From Macrostomum hystrix (Eukaryota; Animalia; Platyhelminthes), in contig CATNEN010000001.1 of NCBI GenBank assembly GCA_950097015.1, positions 17,298,001-17,362,000 of the forward strand: a stretch of DNA of 64,000 nucleotides. The letters are read 5' to 3'. Of this stretch, positions 20,696 to 32,901 are shown one piece after another. The position numbers and the translations under genes were made by a program. Every line of letters starts with the position of its first letter. The first letter of the stretch is position 1. The notes under the pieces were generated by a model. The model was not told where the DNA came from, searched no databases, and was given only the letters and a program-made list of their open reading frames with translations.

Positions 20696-23600
20696 ATGCT
20701 AGACCTGTTGGATCGTGTGCTAGTTCGTGGCGATTTAACTGCAGCCAACCAGCTCTTTAGCTTGGACAATGAAGCTGTGCTGCGTGAGGCTGATGAAGCA
20801 CTGGCCTATGTGCGACTGCAGTGCCTGGCGGGTGGAACTAATGCCGAAATGATCAGTCACAACATGCAGTCAGTGCTGACCCCAGCGCAGGTGAGCAACT
20901 GCAGTCCAGAATCCAAAAAAGTTAAAGGCCAGTTTTTTAGTGAAAACGATTTGAGAACCATCACATGTTTTAGCCTTCATATTTAAATGAGTTTGAAAAT
21001 CAAGGAAAAACAACTGGCATGCATCACTAACTGAATCACTATTTTATAAGCTGTCTCAAATAGCTTGACATGTACATAAGCAGTCCTTGTCTCTGCCCTC
21101 CTCTCAATGCCGCCCTGCAGGCTAGCGCAGTCGAGCTATGCGTAGCCAGGGTCTGCCGCTCGCTGAAGGAGACTGGTGACCTGGAACCCCACCTGGTTGC
21201 CCTGCTCAAATTATTGGCTAGGTGCGCCGAGATGCAACTGTCCGCCACAGCTGATTGCGGCAATGTTAGTGGAGATCCATTGCCTGCACGGCTGGCTAGC
21301 GACCTAATGTCCTGCCTGTTCCAGGTAGAGAAAGCTTCCAATCTGTCTAATACTTATCCCAATATCGAGTTTCTGAATCAGTTATCCCATTTATTATGCA
21401 AAGGAGATTATGAATCAACAATGCCTATTTCTAACCCCACTCAGTCAATTCCAAGTTAAGTTAATAATAAGTATATCCGTTGAGTATTATCTCCAAACAA
21501 AAAATGCTCAAATCTAGTCACGGCACAGCGGATCTACTCTGAGCTTGTCTCTGCCAGTGCTTATGAAGCTGCTCAATTGTCCCAACGCGTCACTGCGCCG
21601 TACAGTCAGTAGCTATCTGAGCTTGGCCAGCGCTGGGCGAGCTCAACTTTTGGCCGGATACGCCACTCCCCTCATCATTGCCGCCTGTGAGGGTAACCTG
21701 GCTCTTATTGGCCTGCTCTGCCAGTTGCAGCCGCACTCACCGGATGCCTTCGCGAAGCACTCTGACGACCTGCTGTTGCTGCTCAGGCAAGATGCGTTTA
21801 TTGAACCTGATTCTTGGCTCATTGCCCCTGATTCTTGGGTAATTGCCCCTGATTCTTGGCTCATTGTCCCTGATTCTTGGCTCATTGTCCCTGATTCTTG
21901 GCTCATTGTCCCTGATTCTTGGCTCATTGCCCCTGATTCTTGGCTCATTGCCCCTGATTCTTGGCTCATTGCCCCTGATTCTTGGCTCATTGCCCCTGAT
22001 TCTTGGCTCATTGCCCCTGATTCTTGGGTCATTGCCCCTGATTCTTGGCTCATTGCCCCTGATTCTTGGCTCATTGCCCCTGATTCTTGGGTCATTGCCC
22101 CTGATTCTTGGCTCATTGTCCCTGATTCTTGGCTCATTGTCCCTGATTCTTGGCTCATTGTCCCTGATTCTTGGCTCATTGTCTCTGATTCTTGGCTCAT
22201 TGTCCCTGATTCTTGGCTCATTGTCTCTGATTCTTGGCTCATTGTCCCTGATTCTTGGCTCATTGCCCCTGATTCTTGGCTCATTGTCCCTGATTCTTGG
22301 CTCATTGTCCCTGATTCTTGGCTCATTGCCCCTGATTCTTGGGTCATTGCCCCTGATTCTTGGCTCATTGTTCCTGATTCTTGGCTCATTGTCCCTGATT
22401 CTTGGCTCATTGTCCCTGATTCTTGGCTCATTGTCCCTGATTCTTGGCTCATTGTCCCTGGTTCTTGGCTCATTGTCCCTGATTCTTTGATCATTGTCCC
22501 TGATTCTTGGCTCATTGTCCCTGATTCTTGGCTCATTGTCCCTGATTCTTGGCTCATTGTCCCTGATTCTTGGCTCATTGCCCTGATTCTTGGCTCATTG
22601 TCCCTGATTCTTGGCTCATTGTCCCTGGTTCTTGGGTCATTGTCCCTGATTCTTGGCTCATTGTCCCTGATTCTTGGCTCATTGTCCCTGGTTCTTGGCT
22701 CATTGTCCCTGATTCTTGGGTCATTGTCCCTGATTCTTGGGTCATTCTCTGATTCTTGGATCATTTTCCCTGATTCTTGGGTCATTGCCCCTGGTTCTTG
22801 GGTCATTCTCCCTGATTATTGGGTCATTGTCCCTGATTCTTGGGTCATTCTCTGATTCTTGGATCATTTTCCCTGATTCTTGGGCCATTGCCCCTAATTC
22901 TTGGGTCATTGTCCCTGATTCTTGGGTCATTGTCCCTGATTCTTGGGTCATTCTCTGATTCTTTGATCATTGTCCCTGATTCTTTGGTCATTTTCCCTGA
23001 TTCTTGGCTCATTGTCCCTGATTCTTGGCTCATTGCCCCTGATTATTGGGTCATTGTCCCTGGTTATTGGGTCATTGTACCTGATTCTTGGGTCATTCTC
23101 TGATTCTTTGATCATTGTCCCTGATTCTTGGGTCATTTTCCCTGATTCTTGGCTCATTGTCCCTGATTCTTGGCTCATTGCCCCTGATTATTGGGTCATT
23201 GTCCCTGATTCTTGGGCCATTGCCCCTGATTCTTTGATCATTGTCCCTGATTCTTGGGTCATTTTCCCTGATTCTTGGCTCATTGTCCCTGATTCTTGGC
23301 TCATTGTCCCTGATTCTTGGCTCATTGCCCCTGATTATTGGGTCATTGTCCCTGATTCTTGGGCCATTGCCCCTGATTCTTTGATCATTGTCCCTGATTC
23401 TTGGGTCATTGCCCCTGGTTCTTGGTTCATTCTCCCTGATTATTGGGTCATTGTCCCTGATTCTTGGGTCATTCCCTGATTCTTGGATCATTGTCCCTGA
23501 TTATTGGGTCATTGTCCCTGGTTCTTGGGTCGTTTTCCTTGTGATTCCAGTCGCTTTTTTTGGTCATTGCCACTTTGATTCTTTAAGTAGGATCGTTTTA

Positions 23601-26600
23601 TTACCAAAATCCCGTAATTCTCCCTATTTCCCCATTCTCCCCGACTCCCAGAAGCCAGCCAGTGCAGGAGAGCCGCCAGTTGAAACGGGAACTGCTCAAC
23701 CTACTGGCTGCAATGTCCGTGGTCACGCCCGATTGCCTGCTGCCGCACGCTCGGGCCCTACTGAGCCAGCTAGACTCAAACTGCTCAGACTGCGGGCTGC
23801 CTGTCCTAGTGAATATTCAGCGCAGAAACCCAGCCGCCTGCCTGCCTCTGATTGGCTCTCTGTCCATTGTACACCCCGCCTGGCCTATGGCTGTTCGATC
23901 TCTGGCCGAAATCTTTGCCCGCCTGTTGTCAGCCTATCCCAGCCAGTTTGAGCCGGTGGCCGATGTGCTGATTGGTCACGTGGCTCTGGCTAGCAGTGGC
24001 CGCCTAGCCTGCCAACTGCTGGCCTGCCTGCTGCAGCTGGTCAGGTTGAATCCCAGACTGTTCGCTGCGGCACTGGAAGCCAGGCTGCCCGCCCTCAGGT
24101 CCGCACTCAACATCGCCGCTAGACAAATGTCCGCCGCTTCGGCTTCTTCGTCGGCTTCGCTGACTGAAGCGGCGCAACTGCTGGATAGCCTGGAGTGCCT
24201 CGCTATCGATTCACTTCAGCAGCAGCATGTTCAACAATCTCAGCATTACCAGAGTCAGCGCATTGTCAGCTGTTTAATGCTCAGTAACGAGCAGCAGCAG
24301 CGGGGTGTGGTCAGTGGTTCGAGTCGTCGCATTGAGCGAGCTAGATCTCAAGCTATGACTGGCGCCGCATCCGTGGTGGCCTACTTTGGATGCGGCGCGG
24401 ATGAATTTGCCGTTGGTGAGCATATTTAACACCTTCCCCAATCCCCAGTGTGACAAACACCATCCCCAATCCCAAATCCCTAGTGTGACAAACACCTTCC
24501 CCAATCCCCAGTGTGACAAACACCTTCCCCAATCCCAAATCCCCAGTCTGTCAAACACCATCCCAAATCCCAAATCCCCAGTCTGTCAAACACCATCCCC
24601 AACCCCAAATCCCCAGTGTGACAAACACCATCCCCAATCCCAAATCCCCAGTGTGACAAACACCATCCCCAATCCCAAATCCCCAGTGTGTCGAACACCT
24701 TCCCCAATCCCCAGTGTGTCGAACACCTTCCCTAATCCCCAGTGTGTCGAACACCTTCCCCAATCCAGTATTCCATGCTTATCTTCCCTTCTAGGGAGCC
24801 ATCCGACTGGCAGTGAAGTGTGGACAGAGCAGGAGCAGCAGCAGCAGCAGCAGCAGCTGTCCCGCCAACCAGACGCTGTAGAGAACTTCTGTTACAAGCA
24901 CTATCGCAAGCTCGTGTCATTTGTTGGCAGGGCAAAGCTGAGGCTTCCCGCGCCTTGCGCTATTTGGCTGGACGTTAAGAAGCGCCGACTTCTGTCCAAT
25001 AAGCGCCGATTGTGCCTGGGATTTCGTTGCGAGGCCAATTCTGAGCGCTGTTTAAACACCTGCCCATCGACGCCATTGTTCAGCATGCTGACAGCCCAGC
25101 CGCGCCTGTGGCTGCACCTGCTATTCCTCATCAAGCAGGCCGAGCTGGGCCGTGCAGTGTCACAGAGACACCCGGACATGCTGCCGATTCGCAGCCTGTG
25201 GTGCAGCTTACTTGACGAAGCAGATTTTCTGCCTACAGTGACGAGCGCTTTTCCGGGACTCAGCCAGCTAGATGCGATGCTGCGTGAGCTGCATAGAAAG
25301 CGGTTCTTTGATCTGTTCGAGTTTAATGGCGCCTACGGCATGTGGTGCTGCTTCGAGTGCAATCACAGCCCAGTCAAGCTGGCTGGCCCTGTGCAATGCG
25401 AAATGAAAATGAGCGGCAGCTTGGGCGGCTGGCGTGTCTCCCAGATCAGCCTGCGCGAGGCTGAGCAGATGCTCACGGTAAGGCTTCCGGCTCTTTGTCA
25501 CACAGGGATTGGGGAAGGTGTTTGTCACACTGGGGATTAGGGAGGGTGTTTGACACACTGGGGATTGGGGAAGGTGTTTGTCACACTGGGGATTGGGGAA
25601 GGTGTTTGACACACTGGGGATTGGGGAAGGTGTTTGACACACTGGGGATTAGGGAGGGTGTTTGACACACTGGGGATTGGGGAAGGTGTTTGACACACTG
25701 GGGATTGGGGAAGGTGTTTGACACACTGGGGATTGGGGAATGTGTTTGTCACACAGGGATTGGGGAAGGTGTTTGTCACACTGGGGATTGGGGAAGGTGT
25801 TTGACACACTGGGGATTGGGGAAGGTGTTTGACACACTGGGGATTGGGGAAGGTGTTTGACACACTGGGGATTAGGGAGGGTGTTTGACACACTGGGGAT
25901 TGGGGAAGGTGTTTGACACACTGGGGATTGGGGAAGGTGTTTGACACACTGGGATTGGGGAAGGTGTTTGACGCACTGGGGATTGGGGAAGGTGTTTGAC
26001 ACACTGGGGATTGGGGAAGGTGTTTGACACACTGGGGATTGGGGAAGGTGTTTGACACACTGGGGATTGGGGAAGGTGTTTGACACACTGGGGATTGGGG
26101 AAGGTGTTTGACACACTGGGGATTGGGGAAGGTGTTTGTCACACTGGGGATTAGGGAAGGTGTTTGACACACTGGGGATTGGGGAAGGTGTTTGTCACAC
26201 TGGGGATTGGGGAAGGTGTTTGACACACTGGGGATTAGGGAAGGTGTTTGTCACACAGGGATTGGGGAAGGTGTTTGACACACTGGGGATTGGGGAAGGT
26301 GTTTGACACACTGGGGATTGGGGAAGGTGTTTGTCACACAGGGATTGGGGAAGGTGTTTGTCACACTGGGGATTGGGGAAGGTGTTTGACACACTGGGGA
26401 TTGGGGAAGGTGTTTGTCACACTGGGGATTAGGGAAGGTGTTTGTCACACTGGGGATTGGGGAAGGTGTTTGTCACACTGGGGATTAGGGAAGGTGTTTG
26501 ACACACTGGGGATTGGGGAAGGTGTTTGTCACACTGGGGATTGGGGAAGGTGTTTGACACACTGGGGATTAGGGAAGGTGTTTGTCACACAGGGATTGGG

Positions 26601-29600
26601 GAAGGTGTTTGACACACTGGGGATTGGGGAAGGTGTTTGTCACACTGGGGATTGGGGAAGGTGTTTGTCACACTGGGGATTGGAGAAGGTGTTTGTCACA
26701 CTGGGGATTGGGGAAGGTGTTTGACACACTGGGGATTAGGGAAGGTGTTTGTCACACAGGGATTGGGGAAGGTGTTTGTGACACTGGCGATTGGGGAAGG
26801 TGTTTGACACACTGGGGATTGGGGAAGGTGTTTGTCACACTGGGGATTAGGGAAGGTGTTTGTCACACAGGGATTGGGGAAGGTGTTTGTCACACTGGGG
26901 ATTGGGGAAGGTGTTTGTCACACAGGGATATCCTTGAGTGCAGTATAATTATTAAAAATGTAACTAATCATAGTGTTTGTCTAAAGTTTAAGATTCGCAA
27001 AGTATACTTACTGAGACGAATGATAGATGATCGATTGTCACCCCCAATGAATCAGTTTGTCCGGCAGCCAGTCATATAAAAGTGCATCCCAGGGAGGAGG
27101 CAATCCTGACTGTTCAGCTAGGTGGAGTGGGCCACTGCCTAGAGAGGTTGGAGATGCTGGCCGTGCCGCTAAAGCCTGTTCCCTTAGCTAGTTGGTCTCT
27201 GGATCCTATATAACCCGAGCTTGTCTCTCTGCAGCTCTCCCTCATTCCTCTCCATTCCCTGCTCTTCCCCCGACCGGCGTTTGTATCAGTTTTGTCAGCT
27301 TTGGGTGTCGACATGTGTTTGCAACTCGTATGGCGTTTCTGTCTTTCTCTTTCGTGCAAAATCTTATCAGACGATCTGTATCGCCCTCCGTGCTATTCTA
27401 ATCGCAGCTGAAAATCCACTGTCCCGTGTCGTTTCTTGTCAATCTTTTTACATCACTTACTACTTTTGACGCTAAAGTGCTTCCGAAGTTTCCAAACTTT
27501 GATTCTAGACGGCTAATGGCTAGTCAGTTATCCCAAGCATCAGAGGCTAATGGCTAGTCAGTTATCCCAAGCATCAGAGGCTAATGGCTAGTCAGTTATC
27601 CCAAGCATCAGAGGCTACTGGCTAGTCAGTTATCCCAAGCATCAGAGGCTAATGGCTAGTCAGTTATCCCAAGCATCAGAGGCTAATGGCTAGTCAGTTA
27701 TCCCAAGCATCAGAGGCTAATGGCTAGTCAGTTATCCCAAGCATCAGAGGCTAATGGCTAGTCAGTTATCCCAAGCATCAGAGGCTACTGGCTAGTCAGT
27801 TATCCCAAGCATCAGAGGCTACTGGCTAGTCAGTTATCCCAAGCATCAGAGGCTACTGGCTAGTCAGTTATCCCAAGCATCAGAGGCTAATGGCTAGTCA
27901 GTTATCCCAAGCATCAGAGGCTAATGGCTAGTCAGTTATCCCAAGCATCAGAGGCTAATGGCTAGTCAGTTATCCCAAGCATCAGAGGCTAATGGCTAGT
28001 CAGTTATCCCAAGCATCAGAGGCTAATGGCTAGTCAGTTATCCCAAGCATCAGAGGCTACTGGCTAGTCAGTTATCCCAAGCATCAGAGGCTAATGGCTA
28101 GTCAGTTATCCCAAGCATCAGAGGCTACTGGCTAGTCAGTTATCCCAAGCATCAGAGGCTACTGGCTAGTCAGTTATCCCAAGCATCAGAGGCTAATGGC
28201 TAGTCAGTTATCCCAAGCATCAGAGGCTAATGGCTAGTCAGTTATCCCAAGCATCAGAGGCTAATGGCTAGTCAGTTATCCCAAGCATCAGAGGCTACTG
28301 GCTAGTCAGTTATCCCAAGCATCAGAGGCTAATGGCTAGTCAGTTATCCCAAGCATCAGAGGCTAATGGCTAGTCAGTTATCCCAAGCATCAGAGGCTAA
28401 TGGCTAGTCAGTTATCCCAAGCATCAGAGGCTAATGGCTAGTCAGTTATCCCAAGCATCAGAGGCTAATGGCTAGTCAGTTATCCCAAGCATCAGAGGCT
28501 AATGGCTAGTCAGTTATCCCAAGCATCAGAGGCTAATGGCTAGTCAGTTATCCCAAGCATCAGAGGCTAATGGCTAGTCAGTTATCCCAAGCATCAGAGG
28601 CTACTGGCTAGTCAGTTATCCCAAGCATCAGAGGCTAATGGCTAGTCAGTTATCCCAAGCATCAGAGGCTACTGGCTAGTCAGTTATCCCAAGCATCAGA
28701 GGCTACTGGCTAGTCAGTTATCCCAAGCATCAGAGGCTAATGGCTAGTCAGTTATCCCAAGCATCAGAGGCTAATGGCTAGTCAGTTATCCCAAGCATCA
28801 GAGGCTACTGGCTAGTCAGTTATCCCAAGCATCAGAGGCTAATGGCTAGTCAGTTATCCCAAGCATCAGAGGCTACTGGCTAGTCAGTTATCCCAAGCAT
28901 CAGAGGCTACTGGCTAGTCAGTTATCCCAAGCATCAGAGGCTAATGGCTAGTCAGTTATCCCAAGCATCAGAGGCTAATGGCTAGTCAGTTATCCCAAGC
29001 ATCAGAGGCTAATGGCTAGTCAGTTATCCCAAGCATCAGAGGCTAATGGCTAGTCAGTTATCCCAAGCATCAGAGGCTAATGGCTAGTCAGTTATCCCAA
29101 GCATCAGAGGCTAATGGCTAGTCAGTTATCCCAAGCATCAGAGGCTAATGGCTAGTCAGTTATCCCAAGCATCAGAGGCTAATGGCTAGTCAGTTATCCC
29201 AAGCATCAGAGGCTAATGGCTAGTCAGTTATCCCAAGCATCAGAGGCTACTGGCTAGTCAGTTATCCCAAGCATCAGAGGCTAATGGCTAGTCAGTTATC
29301 CCAAGCATCAGAGGCTACTGGCTAGTCAGTTATCCCAAGCATCAGAGGCTACTGGCTAGTCAGTTATCCCAAGCATCAGAGGCTAATGGCTAGTCAGTTA
29401 TCCCAAGCATCAGAGGCTAATGGCTAGTCAGTTATCCCAAGCATCAGAGGCTAATGGCTAGTCAGTTATCCCAAGCATCAGAGGCTAATGGCTAGTCAGT
29501 TATCCCAAGCATCAGAGGCTAATGGCTAGTCAGTTATCCCAAGCATCAGAGGCTACAGGCTAGTCAGTTATCCCAAGCATCAGAGGCTAATGTTTAGTCA

Positions 29601-30322
29601 ATTATCCCAAGCATCAGAGGCTAATGGCTAGTCAGTTATCCCAAGCATCAGAGGCTAATGGCTAGTCAGTTATCCCAAGCATCAGAGGCTAATGGCTAGT
29701 CAGTTATCCCAAGCATCAGAGGCTAATGGCTAGTCAGTTATCCCAAGCATCAGAGGCTAATGGCTAGTCAGTTATCCCAAGCATCAGAGGCTAATGGCTA
29801 GTCAGTTATCCCAAGCATCAGAGGCTAATGGCTAGTCAGTTATCCCAAGCATCAGAGGCTAATGGCTAGTCAGTTATCCCAAGCATCAGAGGCTAATGGC
29901 TAGTCAGTTATCCCAAGCATCAGAGGCTAATGGCTAGTCAGTTATCCCAAGCATCAGAGGCTAATGGGCATTGCACTCTCCGCCAGGTGGTGACGCCGCG
30001 GGTCACGAAGAGTCTGAGCCTGAAGGCTGTGAAGCCTAAACGTAGAGCTCATTACGACGCGCCCTGCGAGCTGCGCCTGGAGCTGCAGTCTGGTGGCACT
30101 TTGCGGGTTCGTCGGATTCAACCAGTTGAGTATGAGCAGCCGCGAGTTGATTATCGGCATTCCGGCTATGAGCAGCAGCAGGATGATGCAACCTGGTTTC
30201 ACTCGATGCAATGCGCCCTTACTCGGTCACTCTCGGCGCAATATCTCAGGCATAAAAGGCGAGCTGCCGCCGCTGCCGCTGCTGCTGCTGCTGCTGCTGA
30301 CGCTGGCGAAGTCGCTGCATAA
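20696..30322 (+). CDS. VEPH1: Melted/VEPH1 PH-domain protein. Exons 20696-20890, 21121-21324, 21518-~21786, 23652-24415, 24795-25477, 29987-30322
   Basis: N-terminus MLDLLDRVLVRGDLTAANQLFSLDNEAV, motif VSSYLSLA, central DAVENFCYKH...PAPC, WLHLLFL and FFDLFEFNG..WCCFECNH, split C-terminal PH domain. Splice phases are consistent (0,0,2,1,0). Confidence 0.88.
21806..23530. repeat. 21-bp minisatellite (CCTGATTCTTGGCTCATTGTC) in VEPH1 intron 3
   Basis: Tandem array that degenerates toward the 3' side. Confidence 0.95.
24428..24768 (+). repeat. 28-34-bp minisatellite (AACACCTTCCCCAATCCCCAGTGTGACA) in VEPH1 intron 4
   Basis: Tandem array; reverse complement of the array at 25495-26930. Confidence 0.95.
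25495..26930 (-). repeat. 28-bp G-rich minisatellite (GGGGATTGGGGAAGGTGTTTGACACACT) in VEPH1 intron 5
   Basis: About 50 tandem copies. Confidence 0.95.
27511..29967. repeat. 34-bp minisatellite (GGCTAATGGCTAGTCAGTTATCCCAAGCATCAGA), about 72 copies
   Basis: Near-perfect array with essentially one A/C variable site; ends about 20 bp before the last VEPH1 acceptor. Confidence 0.97.
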
Positions 30323-30449
30323 TAGCTTACATGAACCCTACAAGCCTGCATGGGTTGTACTCGAATCTCACATATTATTATTTTAAATAGGCTTTCATCT
30401 TGCCATTTGCTTTTTTATGCTCTTCCTCTCTCCCTCTCTCCCTCTCACT

Positions 30450-32010
30450 CTCGCTCTCAGTCTGTCACTCTCTCTCAATCTTTCACTCTCCCTCTCAATG
30501 TCACTCTCCCTCAGTCTGTCACTCTTAATCTGTCACTCTCCGTCTCAATGTAACTCTACCTCAGTTTTTCACTCCTCCTCTCAGTCTGTCACTCTCCCTC
30601 AGTCTGTCACTCTCTCCTCAGTCTGTCACTCTCCCTCAGTCTGTCACTCTCCCTCAGTCTGTCACTCTCCCTCAGTCTGTCACTCTCCCCTCAGTCTGTC
30701 ACTCTCTCTCTCTCAGTCTGTCACTCTCTCTCTCTCAGTCTGTCACTCTCTCTCTCAGTCTGTCACTCTCCCCTCAGTCTGTCACTCTCTCTCTCAGTCT
30801 GTCACTCTCCCCTCAGTCTGTCACTCTCTCTCTCAGTCTGTCACTCTCCCCTCAGTCTGTCACTCTCCCCTCAGTCTGTCACTCTCTCTCTCAGTCTGTC
30901 ACTCTCCCCTCAGTCTGTCACTCTCCTCAATCTGCCACACTGCTCAGTCTTTCACACTCCCTCTTAGTCTGTCACTCCCCCTCATCTACTGTCGCCACCA
31001 TGCACCATGTCTGTGTCTGTCTGAGACACATCTGCTAAATCCTTTATCCGTCGCATCTTAAAATTGAAACTATTATGATAAGTGTAGTGTTATTGTAAAT
31101 AGTGAAATCATTTCAGGGTTCCAAACCTGGTTAATTTTTACATCCATCAATCAAAATTAGTTTGTTTATTTTGACTTATTTAACATTTTCTAGATTTTTT
31201 ATTGCTTTTTAAGCCTACTAAAGTTCTTTTTAAGAGCTTTACTGCGCTGAGAAATTAATTATATATAGATTAAAGCTTCACAGATGGCCACATACATGAG
31301 TAGGAAAACTTTGGACTAGTATTATTGCAGCTAATTATATTTGGCGTAATAAGTAGGTTCAGTATCGGTCTCTTGTTGATAAATGAGTTACTCTCCCTCT
31401 CAGTCTGTCACTCTCCCTCTCAGTCTGTCACTCTCCCTCTCAGTCTGTCACTCTCCCTCTCAGTCTGTCACTCTCCCTCTCAGTCTGTCACTCTCCCTCT
31501 CAGTCTGTCACTCTCCCTCTCAGTCTGTCACGCTCCCTCTCAGTCTGTCACACTCCCTCTCAGTCTGTTACACTCCCTTTCAATCAGTCACACTCGCTCA
31601 GTCTGTCACTCTCCCTCTCAGTCTGTCACTCTCCCTCTCAGTCTGTCACACTCCCTCTCAGTCTGTCACTCTCCCTCTCAGTCTGTCACACTCCCTTTCA
31701 ATCAGTCACACTGAGAGGGACTGTCACTCTCCTTCAGTCTGTCACTCCCCCTCAGTCTGTTACTCTCCTTCAGTCTGTCACTCCCTCCTTGACTGTCGCC
31801 ATCATACACTATTTCTGTCCGTCAGAGACATATTTGTCAAATCCGTCGCAGCGTTAAATTTTAACAGTTTTTATATGTGAAATGTCATTTTTATTAGTGA
31901 AATCACTTCAGGGTTCCAGACCTGGTTAATATTTACATACATCAATCAATCTTATTTTTTTTGTTAAAATTATAATAAATTTTCTAGATTTTTAATTGCT
32001 TTTTAAGCCG
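30450..32010. repeat. Two CAGTCTGTCACTCTCCCT(CT) minisatellite blocks, each followed by a similar ~230-bp unique flank (local tandem duplication)
   Basis: 30985-31215 aligns by eye with 31790-32010 (shared TTCAGGGTTCCA.ACCTGGTTAAT and TTTCTAGATTTTT.ATTGCTTTTTAAGCC). Confidence 0.85.
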
Positions 32011-32656
32011 ACGTGTCCCTATGGACATTTCTGTTCATTAGCGGATTCCCTTTTTCTTAAAATCGCCAGTTGTCATCGTCAACCATTTCAGTTTTATTAT
32101 TTTATATTTTTTACCACGACGCTCATTTTCTATGCGTACTACTAACATTGCCTCATGTAAGTAGCATCGTAAGCGCAAATATCACCAGTATTGAATAAGT
32201 TTTGTCCCGATTATAAGATTTTTAACGCCTCACTTATTCCAATGTCTACTGTAAAATGTTCTCGGCATGATCTAGTAGACCATGACAACAGCTTCCCCGC
32301 AGAATTAACTAAACAGTTTATTTGTTTATACCTTTACTTAACGTGTGATATTACTATTTATAAATACTTTTTGCATAGGAGTCTGTCTTCTACATTTTTT
32401 CTAAATTTATGCAATAAATTTATTTTCCTATTTGTTCAAATAGTTCATGTGTTTTTTTTAATTCAGTCACGACCCGATTTGGGAACCGAGTTTTTCACTT
32501 TTCCTATAAAATACTCTATCAGCTGTCTTTATTGATATCACCTATATTATTATTATGTTTATTGGCACCGATGTTTTATAAATAAACTTACTATTTTGCA
32601 CCTTGTATAGCTTTCAGGCAGCTATTTATTTCTCTGTTCAAATGTTTGATTTTTTC

Positions 32657-32825
32657 CTGTAGGTCATTCTTATGGTCATCCTGTAGGTCATTCTTATGGT
32701 CATCCTGTAGGTCATTATTATGGTCATCCTGTAGGTCATTCTTATGGTCATCCTGTAGGTCATTATTATGGTCATCCTGTAGGTCATTCTTATGGTCATC
32801 CTGTAGGTCATTATTATGATCATTC
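32657..32825. repeat. 24-bp minisatellite (CTGTAGGTCATTCTTATGGTCATC), about 7 copies
   Basis: Directly visible, just upstream of the HTATSF1 start. Confidence 0.9.
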
Positions 32826-32901
32826 TAAAGATTTTTTTATGTTCATTCTATAGATTCTTCCATGTAGTTCATTGTCCAGATCTGTGTCTGCGTTTCAGCC
32901 A

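Noticed and set aside
21643-23491. Repeat ORFs on both strands (MSQESGT, LILGSLS)
   Set aside because: Artefacts of the 21-bp intronic satellite.
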